A stretch of 64,000 nt of DNA, taken from the IMG/VR virus record IMGVR_UViG_3300033545_000002, positions 464 through 64,463 of that record. The stretch is one strand, 5' to 3'. A program made the translations under genes and the position numbers. The stretch's first letter is position 1. Every line of letters starts with the position of its first letter. Below the pieces are notes generated by a model that did no database searches, was not told where the DNA came from, and was given only the letters and a program-made list of their open reading frames with translations. Positions 17,401 through 26,700 of the stretch are shown in pieces. This DNA is from a virus.

Positions 17401-18934
17401 TTCCTGGTAGCCCAGTAATAAAGAATGGAAATCCTGCTGTAAAAATCGTATCCGGTTGGTAAAATGTCCCGTAAGATGTCCCCAATTGAATAGAATCCCC
17501 ATGAGTTCCGGCAGGTCCGGTCCCCTCAACAGCATATATAAAAAACGGTTGTCCCCACTTCCACCCTATTTTCCCTGTTGCCGGATCAATGGTTACTAGA
17601 CTATCGTTTACCGTCCCGGTGAACCCGCTTCCGGTATAATTATTAAACTCCGCTTGCCCTGTTGACAATAGGGTTATCCCGGAAGTAGCCCCAATAGCTA
17701 AAGATGCGGAATTGCCCGTCGTACTGGACAGGGTGGCGGCAGCATCGGAATTGAACGTCCGGCCCCACACATGAGAAGCAGCGTCTGAAGAACTTCCAAT
17801 GGCATACGTGTTGTTTGCCGCAAAACTGATGCTAGACCCCATTGCTATTCCACCATTGAATGTATTGGTGGCCGTGAACGTTTGAACAGACCCCAATAGC
17901 GCAATAGAGCCGCTTGCCCATCCGTTAAGTATAGAAATTGATGGAACGGAGAATGCAGCCGGAGCGGAAGATCCGGTGTTATTCATGAATACCGAGTTGG
18001 CCGCTGCATTAACTGCTGTAAACGTCAGAGTAGACCCAGACACCCCATTGGTGAACAAAGGAGAGAAGCCACCACCGCCTGTCAAAGATCCGCCGCCTGA
18101 GCCGCTGGAAGCCACCGTTATTTGCCCTGCCGCATTATATGTAAGAGCGCAATTGGTACAAGTTCCTGCCGTAATAACAGAGAGTAATGTCGGGTTAGGA
18201 TAAGTCCCGGCCAATGCCCCACCTGCCCCTATCCCTGTAATCCCAGTTATATATCCAGGACCATTGGTGAATGATGAAAGATTAGTAGGGAAAGTAGCCA
18301 ACGATAGGTCTCCCCTAAAATATTGTGAGGTAGATCCGAGGGTTATAGTCCCTTGTTTGGACGCCAAATCGGAAGTGAGATTTGTTACTTGGCTTTCAGC
18401 TATCTGAATAGGAATTGAGCCAGCTATGGTGATCAATCCCTTCCCGTTGACTGTAAAATCGGCAACATGAGCCGCATCTCCAAAAGACCCAACGTTTGTA
18501 TTAACGGTTGCGAGAGTGAACGCCTGACTTCCAGACCCCGGTCCCGCTGTTCCATCGCCCGTAAGTTGAGTGATACCGCCTCCAACCGCGCAGGTCGGAC
18601 ATAGTATGCTGTCATTCCTGAAAACTATGGGAGAAACTCCCGTCAAAGAAGCTATTCCACCCCCTTTGCCTATTTCCTCCCATGTCGCTCCTGTCCATAA
18701 CCATAATGCGGTATCAATGCCAGTATGTACATATCCGACGACGGTGAAAGGAAATTTAGGGGTAAAAGTTGGAGTCCTGTTGGGAAATATATGTCCACTA
18801 TCATCCTGCATCCAACCAATTCTGTAGTATCCAGTTGAATACGGGGAGGGAAATCCGGATGGGGCCGGAAGCTGCGCTTTAGCTCCAAAAAATGTCATCA
18901 ACAAAAGAGACCATATAAGTATTTTAGTTCGCAT
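14465..18934 (-). CDS. Tail fibre/spike-like protein with an SGNH esterase domain and YadA-head-like repeats, carrying a signal peptide
   Basis: MRTKILIWSLLLMTFFGAKA-Q; SGNH blocks FGTSIT, NRGISG, LANDA, DSLHP; about 11 NTAIG/NVAIG-type repeats; G/S/T-rich. Confidence 0.8.
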   Translation of the reverse strand: MRTKILIWSLLLMTFFGAKAQLPAPSGFPSPYSTGYYRIGWMQDDSGHIFPNRTPTFTPKFPFTVVGYVHTGIDTALWLWTGATWEEIGKGGGIASLTGVSPIVFRNDSILCPTCAVGGGITQLTGDGTAGPGSGSQAFTLATVNTNVGSFGDAAHVADFTVNGKGLITIAGSIPIQIAESQVTNLTSDLASKQGTITLGSTSQYFRGDLSLATFPTNLSSFTNGPGYITGITGIGAGGALAGTYPNPTLLSVITAGTCTNCALTYNAAGQITVASSGSGGGSLTGGGGFSPLFTNGVSGSTLTFTAVNAAANSVFMNNTGSSAPAAFSVPSISILNGWASGSIALLGSVQTFTATNTFNGGIAMGSSISFAANNTYAIGSSSDAASHVWGRTFNSDAAATLSSTTGNSASLAIGATSGITLLSTGQAEFNNYTGSGFTGTVNDSLVTIDPATGKIGWKWGQPFFIYAVEGTGPAGTHGDSIQLGTSYGTFYQPDTIFTAGFPFFITGLPGKGTALSTDSVLIETIAGQLYKLPIPSGGGGGGSGVTLVGPIDSAAGLPNGLRINGSSIYAQSASTTVPGMVNNAAQTFSGPKAFDSAYANNHLTHRVNQVGDSVFSQVDTTWNFGTSITAGTASGQGLPHTSVATANIYLSLGFAYQLNHDLGTIGMNRGISGTTLVKRSTGDSSMIDRIADIPRWNSNYRYITFEYLANDARDAPITTTTFAAAMVTVTDTCVARGWSLNQIIWIGAPYSGSTNNALFLPYVTQMQTTATSLGTLFANAYAYTQARDGYAAVWSDSLHPNGSGHYNIKNAILAAIPSLQRVGGLEVQGFGVIANDLTVGSFIPYPSKLTQSNSPYIATFATGDLLVNNYELGRGPVIVDTEGLCFCYPASPVNYRTGLYDNYIGFYAGGIGVTPTDNTALGRYALYGQGLASASFTGNTAIGNNAMQNALTSLDNVAIGNQALDACSGCLESVAVGYQALASATTSSATQNTANGYQALNHLTTGSGNSAEGSQSLFTLTSGLYNMGIGQFAFYTTNGNYNSGLGRSVFQNTTGTGNVGVGYTAGTANTSGSFNTYIGYSAGNIGSADSTANLSNSTALGQNAQVGCSGCAIIAGNGADAERVGFSMKTPYAMVDIPQGNNLDSFPSLHITWYNLTITSITATGSAVTIFFAQQDIPPFKVGSKVIIAGVAPSGYNGTYVITVCTRSSVTFSSSTTGTMTVAGTIVGKTIPDVIRPGDIWPVGDSLNLAGFLTGNPYNFAFTNRINYFTVPQYLNNLSGAPGTGYQILVHRTDSAWDEVPVSAIGGGVTTIGSPSTSYTNGATISGNTLTLGYATGSNPGILSTGTQTIAGTKTATGIWSFTANGTGINLIFGNSSVPGIAAGGGAGTSPTISINGTNVGGQVFVTIGTTPSGSNAIIATITFAGSSGYTNQPFITLTPANSATALLSGVTMVYASTASPLSWTINAGTTALTPATQYSWYYSITGF

Positions 18935-19358
18935 AACTGTACATTATTATATATGTCTGCCCGGCTTGTACCGCCTGATTGAAAGTTATTGTCATGCTTG
19001 TATTACCGGTGTACGAAACCGTGTAGCTTACCTGAGTGTCATCATCCCGATCTAAAACAACACCGCCCAAAATTACGTTCACGCTGTCTTGTATGATATT
19101 GGCCTGATTAATCGGCAATACCGTTTGCCCTGCCGTCATCGGCGAACCAACATCCCCTATAGTAAACTGTAATGGAACAAAGACAATGCTATTCAGGAAG
19201 CAAGTAATAAGGCTTCCCATTGTCCTATGAGCATAGCCAACCGTATAGTTTCCGTTAGCATCCAATCCGCCTATCGCGTTGGCAACCACTATCAATTCAT
19301 TTGGTCCGGGACATCCGGTCAATATGGGGTATGAGATTTCGTCGATAGTACACGCCAT
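18924..19358 (-). CDS. Putative virion/tail accessory protein
   Basis: 144 aa beta-rich ORF directly upstream of the fibre gene. Confidence 0.6.
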   Translation of the reverse strand: MACTIDEISYPILTGCPGPNELIVVANAIGGLDANGNYTVGYAHRTMGSLITCFLNSIVFVPLQFTIGDVGSPMTAGQTVLPINQANIIQDSVNVILGGVVLDRDDDTQVSYTVSYTGNTSMTITFNQAVQAGQTYIIMYSYAN

Positions 19359-19368
19359 AGTTTTAAAA

Positions 19369-19773
19369 TTAATTCCTCACAACCTGACAACCGAATCTTG
19401 TCACACCACACCCGAATCTCGTTACATTGTAGCCGCCAGAGCAATTATTGAAAATAGTTACGTTACATCCATACCGTTGCACAAGGCAATTGTTTCTTGT
19501 CACAATCGCCGGAGCGCAAACGATCTTACAAGCATTATTCATGTACTGTGTAAATTGGAATACTCCTGTAAATTGAGTACTCCCAAAGACTTGACCTGCA
19601 TAATAGATTAGAAAAACCTTTTTGGCGACAATACACTCTGTCTTTGTGTACTGCCGGATGATATCGCATCCTAATGGTTTTACTAAGTCACACCTAAGAT
19701 TGAAGACCTTTGGAAATTCAAGAATTTTACCGTCAACCGTGTCGGCCAAAAAGATAAAAGTCTTGTATGCCAT
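19369..19773 (-). CDS. Cys-rich protein with C-terminal VTRFGC repeats
   Basis: ...NVTRFGCGVTRFGCQVVRN. Confidence 0.6.
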   Translation of the reverse strand: MAYKTFIFLADTVDGKILEFPKVFNLRCDLVKPLGCDIIRQYTKTECIVAKKVFLIYYAGQVFGSTQFTGVFQFTQYMNNACKIVCAPAIVTRNNCLVQRYGCNVTIFNNCSGGYNVTRFGCGVTRFGCQVVRN

Positions 19774-19774
19774 G

Positions 19775-20314
19775 TCATGCTATTTCTCGATTGGGGGGAT
19801 AAATGAACCCCTTAAGATTTAATTTCTCTCTACTGAAAGGCTGATCAATTGATTTGCCTTTCGATTCCTTTACCTGAATAAAATGTCCATCGCTTCCCGT
19901 TAAAATCCTTCCTTCTATGATATCGAATGAATCCTTATTTGGCGACACATCCGAAACGATGCCCAAATGACCCTGCCAGGATTGACCCCGTACCCATACG
20001 GCTATCGCCCCTTTTTGAGGAAGATTCCCCGTCTGATATTCCCGGCATCCCCGGAAATTGGCATGGGTGGCAACTGGCGAAGGACAGAACAACCGATCCA
20101 ATCGCTGACGTTCCGTGGTAGTCTCGCGGCCTATCGCTATCTGCCAAACTAATTCAACAAAAACGGTGGCGGCTGCAAATTGCAACTCCCATCCGAAGTG
20201 AATTAATTTGGCCTGATACATCGGCTCCCTAAATTCTCTTGAATCGTTGAAGTTTTTGTCGCCTAGAAATTCTTTTGCTGTAACTACGACCTTTTCCCAT
20301 AACATCGTTGGCAT
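19775..20314 (-). CDS. CHAP/NlpC-like amidase-fold protein, catalytic Cys apparently missing
   Basis: PQKGAIAVW, GHLGIV and IIEG match the CHAP C-terminal half; no Cys at the expected nucleophile position. Confidence 0.65.
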   Translation of the reverse strand: MPTMLWEKVVVTAKEFLGDKNFNDSREFREPMYQAKLIHFGWELQFAAATVFVELVWQIAIGRETTTERQRLDRLFCPSPVATHANFRGCREYQTGNLPQKGAIAVWVRGQSWQGHLGIVSDVSPNKDSFDIIEGRILTGSDGHFIQVKESKGKSIDQPFSREKLNLKGFIYPPNREIA

Positions 20315-20342
20315 GAAATGACCTTTGGGAATGAAAATTAGG

Positions 20343-20361
20343 TCTATAGAGCGAGTAAATA
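20343..20361 (-). promoter_or_regulatory. Candidate phage late-promoter motif
   Basis: TATTTACTCGCTCTATAGA, 15/19 identical to the motif upstream of the portal gene. Confidence 0.4.
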
Positions 20362-20365
20362 GGTG

Positions 20366-20406
20366 CTTTGTCCCTACAAATGAAGATATTCTTTGTCCCT
20401 ACAAAT
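20366..20406. repeat. Tandem 16-bp direct repeat, each copy with an internal dyad
   Basis: CTTTGTCCCTACAAAT at 20366-81 and 20391-406. Confidence 0.85.
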
Positions 20407-21809
20407 CAGAAATCGCCTGATATTAGTTTCTTGTCTTTCAGAAATTGAAGTCTATTTAGCACGCACTTTTCATTTTCCTTAGACAGAAAATCCGATTTAG
20501 GACGATAGTAAATCCCTTTCAAGGAAAAGTAATGAAGACTGTTGTATAAAGAGGTCACGGCCTCCTTAACGGTTTGGCCTCTACCAACCACATATCCCAA
20601 TGGGGCCGAGCTAAACCATCTGTACCCTATATTTACCATAGCATCTTTATCGGGATGCCTTTTGATTTGATATAAGAAGAAATCCTGTTCGTTCTCGGAA
20701 ATCGTCATGGGAATGTCACCTTGTGGTAATCCCGGCGCTTTATGATCGGCATCCAATGTATAAAGGGCCAGCGAAGCCCCAACATCATAATTATACGGAT
20801 TACCGCCTTCTTTTAGCCTTATAAAGTAATACCCAATGTTCCCGTTTTCGTCCATAGAGGCCGATAATTCAGAAAATATTCCACCCCATCCCCATCTACA
20901 TCCAGCGAATTCCGTAAAATACAAATCAGTTCCATCACTTAAAATTCCAGCATCCCTGATATAAATTCCTTTTCTTTTTTTAGCCTCTTTATACACTACT
21001 TCCGGGAATATTATTTTATTGATGGCGTCATCCAAAGGGATATTGATAACTATATTTTCATTCCCTCCGGTCTGAGGTCCAATATCGAGAGGGCCGAACA
21101 TCCTGGTTTCGATCTCAATTTGAGAATAGATCGGTTCGCCATCGTAAAATACCATTTGAGGGGTGAATTCTATAGGGTTCATTATTTTTTCTTCCGCCAT
21201 AATTTTACCCTTCTCGAAGTCCTTCCTGTTTTCTTCAAGCTCTGATATGACTTGATTGCGGCCCATCTCCAAATCATCCTTGTCGGGCACAAGCGTTTCT
21301 GCAAAATTACCGTCGCTCTTGATGACCCATAATTTATCTGACTCTTTTACAAACTTAATAACGTCGTCAACCCTCTTAAACTCCTGTGTCTCTTTTAGTT
21401 TTACGCCTTTATAATGTTTTTTCAGAAAGTCCTTTGCCATCTTTCGGTCCTTCTCCATTAAATAATCGTACTCCATAGGGAAAAGACCATGCTCATAGCC
21501 CATTTTTAAAACTTGTTCGGATATCTTATACTGATTGTTGTAATCAAATACGATAAACCAATCGTCCTTATTTTTCTGATATTTTAAAAATGTCAGCGTA
21601 GATTCTAATGAATACTTTTCAATGAACCCGTCGTATATTGACAGCCTTCTTTTTCTGCATTCCATCGCCTCGGCGTCATTAATCCAAGATGAAACACCGA
21701 GAGATGATGCATTGCGTATTTGGCAAACTCTTACTTCGTACCCTTCCAGCAATAGTTTTCTGGCAACACTTAGTATTGCGCAGTCGTAAGTAAAGAAGCA
21801 AAAACGCAT
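20406..21809 (-). CDS. PurD/GARS-like ATP-grasp ligase
   Basis: WVIKSDG, AEEKI..E, DIGPQTGG and YFTEFAGCRWG parallel the GARS ATP-grasp motifs; no purine operon context. Confidence 0.75.
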   Translation of the reverse strand: MRFCFFTYDCAILSVARKLLLEGYEVRVCQIRNASSLGVSSWINDAEAMECRKRRLSIYDGFIEKYSLESTLTFLKYQKNKDDWFIVFDYNNQYKISEQVLKMGYEHGLFPMEYDYLMEKDRKMAKDFLKKHYKGVKLKETQEFKRVDDVIKFVKESDKLWVIKSDGNFAETLVPDKDDLEMGRNQVISELEENRKDFEKGKIMAEEKIMNPIEFTPQMVFYDGEPIYSQIEIETRMFGPLDIGPQTGGNENIVINIPLDDAINKIIFPEVVYKEAKKRKGIYIRDAGILSDGTDLYFTEFAGCRWGWGGIFSELSASMDENGNIGYYFIRLKEGGNPYNYDVGASLALYTLDADHKAPGLPQGDIPMTISENEQDFFLYQIKRHPDKDAMVNIGYRWFSSAPLGYVVGRGQTVKEAVTSLYNSLHYFSLKGIYYRPKSDFLSKENEKCVLNRLQFLKDKKLISGDF

Positions 21810-21814
21810 GATTT

Positions 21815-22438
21815 TTAATTTTGAAGTAATTCAATCTTTTTACCCTCAAACCACAATGCCATATTATCATTCAAAAAAAGTATTGGCAGTTTATTTCTCG
21901 GTAATTTATCCATATTTCTTTTTGTGGACGGAATATAGTCTTTTTCCTGAGCATGGCACATAATATAAAAGGGGGACAACCCAATTCCATCCATATCCTT
22001 TAACTTTCCTACCATTCCGGCCTCTTGTTCATCTTCATCATCGCAGGCAAATGAGATATTTGGAGCCATAATCATAGACCCTGCACTTGTGCCTGTATAA
22101 ATGATCTGATTATTATTAATAGCGTTTTTAATCACCATAAACATTTTTTTATCCTTCAACAGTTTTAGGATATATAAAGCACTCCCGCCACAAATGTGTA
22201 AAATATCGAATTCTTTCATTCTTTTCTTAAACTCAACGCTCGTTATTCTCCTAAAATCGACATCCTCTACCTCAAAACCGTGAGACAAAAATGCTTTTCT
22301 ATCCTTATTTACCCATCTTTTACTTTTAAATGGATCAGCAGGGTTAGCAACAAATAACACCCTCGAATTATTTATACCTGCTCTTAGCACGAACAAATCA
22401 ATAGTATCAGATAGCGTTGAGGCTAGGAACATTCTCAT
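21815..22438 (-). CDS. Peptidase S51 (PepE/cyanophycinase-like)
   Basis: LHICGGS, nucleophile elbow GTSAG, His in CHAQE. Confidence 0.85.
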   Translation of the reverse strand: MRMFLASTLSDTIDLFVLRAGINNSRVLFVANPADPFKSKRWVNKDRKAFLSHGFEVEDVDFRRITSVEFKKRMKEFDILHICGGSALYILKLLKDKKMFMVIKNAINNNQIIYTGTSAGSMIMAPNISFACDDEDEQEAGMVGKLKDMDGIGLSPFYIMCHAQEKDYIPSTKRNMDKLPRNKLPILFLNDNMALWFEGKKIELLQN

Positions 22439-23135
22439 ATAGAAAATCAGTTACCTTGTTTAATAAAATGAACCCAGGATCGATAATTGGTATGTCTACA
22501 TCCTTCTGCTTAATTACCAGAGGCAATTCGGTACAGCCCAACACAATAGCTTGCGCCCCGTTGCTTTTGAGAGATTTAATGAAAAACTCCATTGTTTCCC
22601 TTTCTTCTTTACCAGACTTACCGCTTTGAACAGACAAGATTATTTCGTTAATTAATCCCTGCTCATACGGAATCCCAAGAGAATGACACTTAACCCCATT
22701 TTCTTCAAACCTATTCTTATAAATCTCAGACCTGTTAGTGCTTTCAGTACTTATCAGCCCAATGGAATGATACCCTGCGTTTTTGACATGATCGACGCAT
22801 TCATTTATCAGGTTTAGTATAGGTATGAAAGTATTGAATTGTAAATACTCATACACAATATGAGCCGTGTTGCAAGCTATGACTATGTAATCAACCTTTA
22901 AATATTCCATGTTTCTGATCGCATCCAACAAACTTTTCTTAACGGCTTCTTTATCCTCAATGCCCCTTTCGCTCCATCCTCCCATTGATAAACTATGGAT
23001 ATACATTTCTGGGTATTGCTCATCTTGGGTCAGTTGATATTTCTTTTCAAGGATATTCAATATCATCCTGTACCAATTGCAACTGGCTGACGGACCCATT
23101 CCTCCTAAAATCCCCAATTTTTTAACATTGTTCAT
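22407..23135 (-). CDS. Aspartate/glutamate racemase
   Basis: LGILGGMGP, IACNTAH and LGCTELP; both catalytic Cys present. Confidence 0.92.
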   Translation of the reverse strand: MNNVKKLGILGGMGPSASCNWYRMILNILEKKYQLTQDEQYPEMYIHSLSMGGWSERGIEDKEAVKKSLLDAIRNMEYLKVDYIVIACNTAHIVYEYLQFNTFIPILNLINECVDHVKNAGYHSIGLISTESTNRSEIYKNRFEENGVKCHSLGIPYEQGLINEIILSVQSGKSGKEERETMEFFIKSLKSNGAQAIVLGCTELPLVIKQKDVDIPIIDPGFILLNKVTDFLYENVPSLNAI

Positions 23136-23689
23136 TGAGTGGATTTAATCTTATACTTATCCGACAAGGATTTATCATTTAATGATCTAACGTATGATTC
23201 GATGTCAACTCCAAAATCGTAAGACCCTTCTGTGTTAGTGCCTCTGTGCGCTGTAGGATAGTACTCTCTCGAAGTTAGCGAACCGAGCCAGTTATCAACT
23301 TCGCTTATTGGCCTTGTCATATAAGCCGGGTTGAGACCTTTCCTGACGTAAGCCAATTCTTCCGGCTTCATTGTTCCGAATGAATCTCCTTTTCTAAGTT
23401 GGTATTGCTCGTATTGTATATCATCGATTAACTTTGGATCAATGGATTTGTCAGGATTTTCTTTATTGTATTTTGATAGGTATTGAAGCCCTAAAGTCTG
23501 ATCCCGTTTGTCCAAGTCTGCCGATCCGCCAACGCCCTCCTTTTGGAGGTAGTCGAGGAAATCGTTCCAATTTTTTCGCTGTACCAAAGTTAAGGGAGTG
23601 TAATCTTTTGGGGCATCGACTTTTTTAGCCGGTGTTTCTCCGCCCCCTTCGCTGTCATCAGTTGGGTAGTATAGTTTACAAAATATCAT
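23132..23689 (-). CDS. Hypothetical protein
   Basis: 185 aa ORF overlapping the racemase start by 4 nt. Confidence 0.65.
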   Translation of the reverse strand: MIFCKLYYPTDDSEGGGETPAKKVDAPKDYTPLTLVQRKNWNDFLDYLQKEGVGGSADLDKRDQTLGLQYLSKYNKENPDKSIDPKLIDDIQYEQYQLRKGDSFGTMKPEELAYVRKGLNPAYMTRPISEVDNWLGSLTSREYYPTAHRGTNTEGSYDFGVDIESYVRSLNDKSLSDKYKIKSTQ

Positions 23690-23767
23690 CTGGCCATTTT
23701 GGTGTGTGCTTTCCTCTCGTTCCCATATAAACGATAAATAACACGAATAATATAATTACTAAAGTTA

Positions 23768-26700
23768 TCATTTTTGATTTTTTTCGTAATAAGGATCATT
23801 TTCTCTTCGCTCATCTACCCTTTGCTGGCTGGCATCTATTTTGTCGGCCCTGTCTTCCTCAGCCTGTTCTTTCGTCGGAACAAAGCCTCTGCCTCCTACC
23901 CTGAGTAGGATATTTTGCCAAGGATTCTCGCCTTTTCTTTCGATCAATTTACCGTCCGCATCCGTATCGAAATACTCAGATATGTTTTTACCTGCCATTT
24001 GAGTAGTAAAGCTATTGAATAAATTGGCAGGAGACTGAGCAATATCTCCAAGGCTCTTTAAAGCGGATTCTTCCCATGCCGTCCGAACCACTTCGGAAAG
24101 TCCGTCAAAGGCTGCGGTTCCCTTGTCCGCCTCATCCTTGTAGTCTCCACGTTCATCCTTGTACTTTTGAACGTAGGTAGCCCCCATGACGGCAGGCATC
24201 AAGGGGGGCAAGTGCATAATTACCGCTGACCAAAACTTACCTACCTTGTGCCCGTTTATGGCTATTTCGCCGTAATTCAATTCTTCCAACTCCCCGGTAT
24301 CGGCATTCAGGAACTTTCTTTTCTTTTTACCCTCCCCATAAGCTCCCCCGAATACCAAATTACCTTTGGCAGCCATTGATCCTGCCACCATAGCCAATCC
24401 TAGACCTATAGCGCCCTTATTAAAGTATTGAATGATACTATCCCGCTTTTCGGCTGGTAGGCTTTGCATGTGCTCCCTGATAGCGTCCATTGTGCCGTTA
24501 AAGTCTTTGATTCCATCTTTTATGGTCAGATCGTTAGCGTTGAGGGCCATCCCTATCTCATAGAAGGTTTTGCCAATAGCAACAGGGATACCAGCCGTGT
24601 ATTTGAATAAGCCCTCCGCCTCAATATTCAACGGAACTTTCAAAACAGGGGTTACCGATTGCAGCCAGAAAGCGAACGCCTTCCCCAAAAATCCCCCTTC
24701 TGACGCCTTGGCTTCGGCTCCCCGGATCGCTTCGGCTACTGGATTCTTATTCTGGAATTTGCCGCCTAAAAAGTCGTTATAAGATTGTAAAGCGATACCC
24801 TCCAATTTTGAAGGCGTCAATTGCTCTCCGGCCTTGATCCTTTCGGATGCTCTTTTCAGAAACCCTTCGACAAATGCTTGACGGGCTGAAATATCTTTTT
24901 CGGCTCCGTGGGTACGGCCAAATATTTCGAGTGTATGAATGATCCGGTTTATGCCCGTTCCGATAGCATGTTTACTCTTTTCATCAGCCCATGTGGTGCC
25001 TCGATACCCGCCCATGCTTTCTTCAAAAGTGGATACACCTGATTGTAGAATTTTCAACCGTTCAGCCCATGAATTAGGAGCAATAAAATCATACATGGCA
25101 GCAGCGGCCCATTCGTATTGAGCGGACTGATAATCGTTGACTGCCTTGGTATATTCGTCGTCTTTGTATGGTTGGTATTCAGGTGTTCCTTTGAGTGAAT
25201 TTAATTGATCGTTTGCGGCCTGTAAATTAGTAGTAGCTGTTTCGAGTGCCTTTGTCGTAGTGCCTCGTTTTTCGGCTGCCTGCCGTTGCGTCATACCCTT
25301 GAAAGAATCCTCAAAAGAACGGATTGTAGCATCATTGTTCAATACTTCCCGCTCTCCTTTTAGCCCTAACATTCTAAGTGCCGGGGTCGTTACTGTGCCA
25401 ACCGTCCGCCTTACCAATGCATCCGAAACGGGCTTAACGACCGTAGCAACCAATACTTTCCCGTTGGTCATAATACCGGAAATTAGGTTGGCTCGTTGTA
25501 AACGTTGCAGACGGGTAATTTGCCGTTGCCAAAATCCTTGATTCTGTTTATGGTACTTGTCTATTTGGTAGGCTAAATCGTGTTCAGCCTTTTTTCGGTC
25601 GCGGGTTAGTTTCATCAATTCCTCATCCTTTTTATAGTCGGATAGTTTGTGGGCGTCTTCAAAATCACCGGCGGCCAACTTACGTTCAGCCTGTTCTTTA
25701 CGCGTAATCTCTCTATTCTTGACTTGCTCTAACTGAATATCCTGAAGGGAGGAGTTGTTATCTTTTTTAAGTTGAGTGCTGAGATTTTTAAGATCGGAAA
25801 GAATTTCGGCCTTTCGCCCGGTCAGCAGGTTAGTGATATTAGTCGTATGCAACCGACTTGCGGCGGCTTGTGCCTTTTTGATCTTATCATCCAACTCTCC
25901 GGCGTCAATTTTCACACCCATTTTATTCAACTCGCTTTGGACAGAACGGAGGGCCTTTTTATCTTCATCAGAAACGGTATCATCATTCAAGAGATCGGAT
26001 ATTTTATCCTTCAAATTACCGACGCGTTCGTTATGCGCTTCAATAACTTTTTCTTTGGCGGCGCGTGAATCTTTGCTTCCGGTTTCCAACTTAACCCCGT
26101 TCTTAATAAGCGCCTTCCTTAATTCCTCTCGCTTGGCGGCCAAGTCCTTATCAACGCCTTTACCTTTCTTGGCTTTCTCCCATACTTTTTGATGATTGTC
26201 TAAATCGGCAATACGTTTATCGTATTCGGCCAATCTTTCGGCCTTCTTTTGCGCGTCTTTTATGTCACGGGCCGCGCGACCACGTTCTTTCAATAACTGG
26301 GCCTTTTCGTCGCGTAGCTTTTGTTCATAATCGGAAATGATCTTGGATTTTTTTTCCTTGTCAGCACCATAAAGATCACTACCGGCTTCCAATGCTCCGA
26401 TATCTCTTTGCAGAACGGTAATGTCATGGAATGTCTGTGCGGACTTTTTTACCTGATCTTCTAAGTCTTTACTTTTCTCAGGAGTAAACTTGCCTTCTTT
26501 CAAATAGGCATCCCGTAGGGTCTTAGCGTCCAATCCTGGGAAGGCTTTACCCAATTCCTCCACTCCCTTGTCGAGAATCTTTTCCGGGTCCGTTTGGCCT
26601 CTTTTAGCTATATCATGGAGATAATCACGGACCAATCCATTATCCACCATTTTTTGAGTAATGGCCTTAACGTCTGAATTTTTGGCAATCTCTTTCATCT

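Noticed and set aside
12083-18888. Numerous 60-180 aa ORFs overlapping the fibre genes
   Set aside because: Alternative-frame or antisense shadows of G/S/T-rich coding sequence with no independent evidence.
20366-20406. Mini CRISPR array
   Set aside because: Only two 16-bp units with a 9-bp spacer and no cas genes; no CRISPR array was seen anywhere in the window.
20406-21809. Bona fide purD auxiliary metabolic gene
   Set aside because: No other purine genes, divergent N- and C-terminal domains, and the racemase/peptidase neighbours point to a different ligation; kept as PurD-like only.
23900-24000. FDTDADG near the C-terminus of the giant protein as an RNA polymerase catalytic loop
   Set aside because: Lacks the DFDGD/DFDID context and is only about 65 aa from the C-terminus, leaving no room for the rest of the fold.
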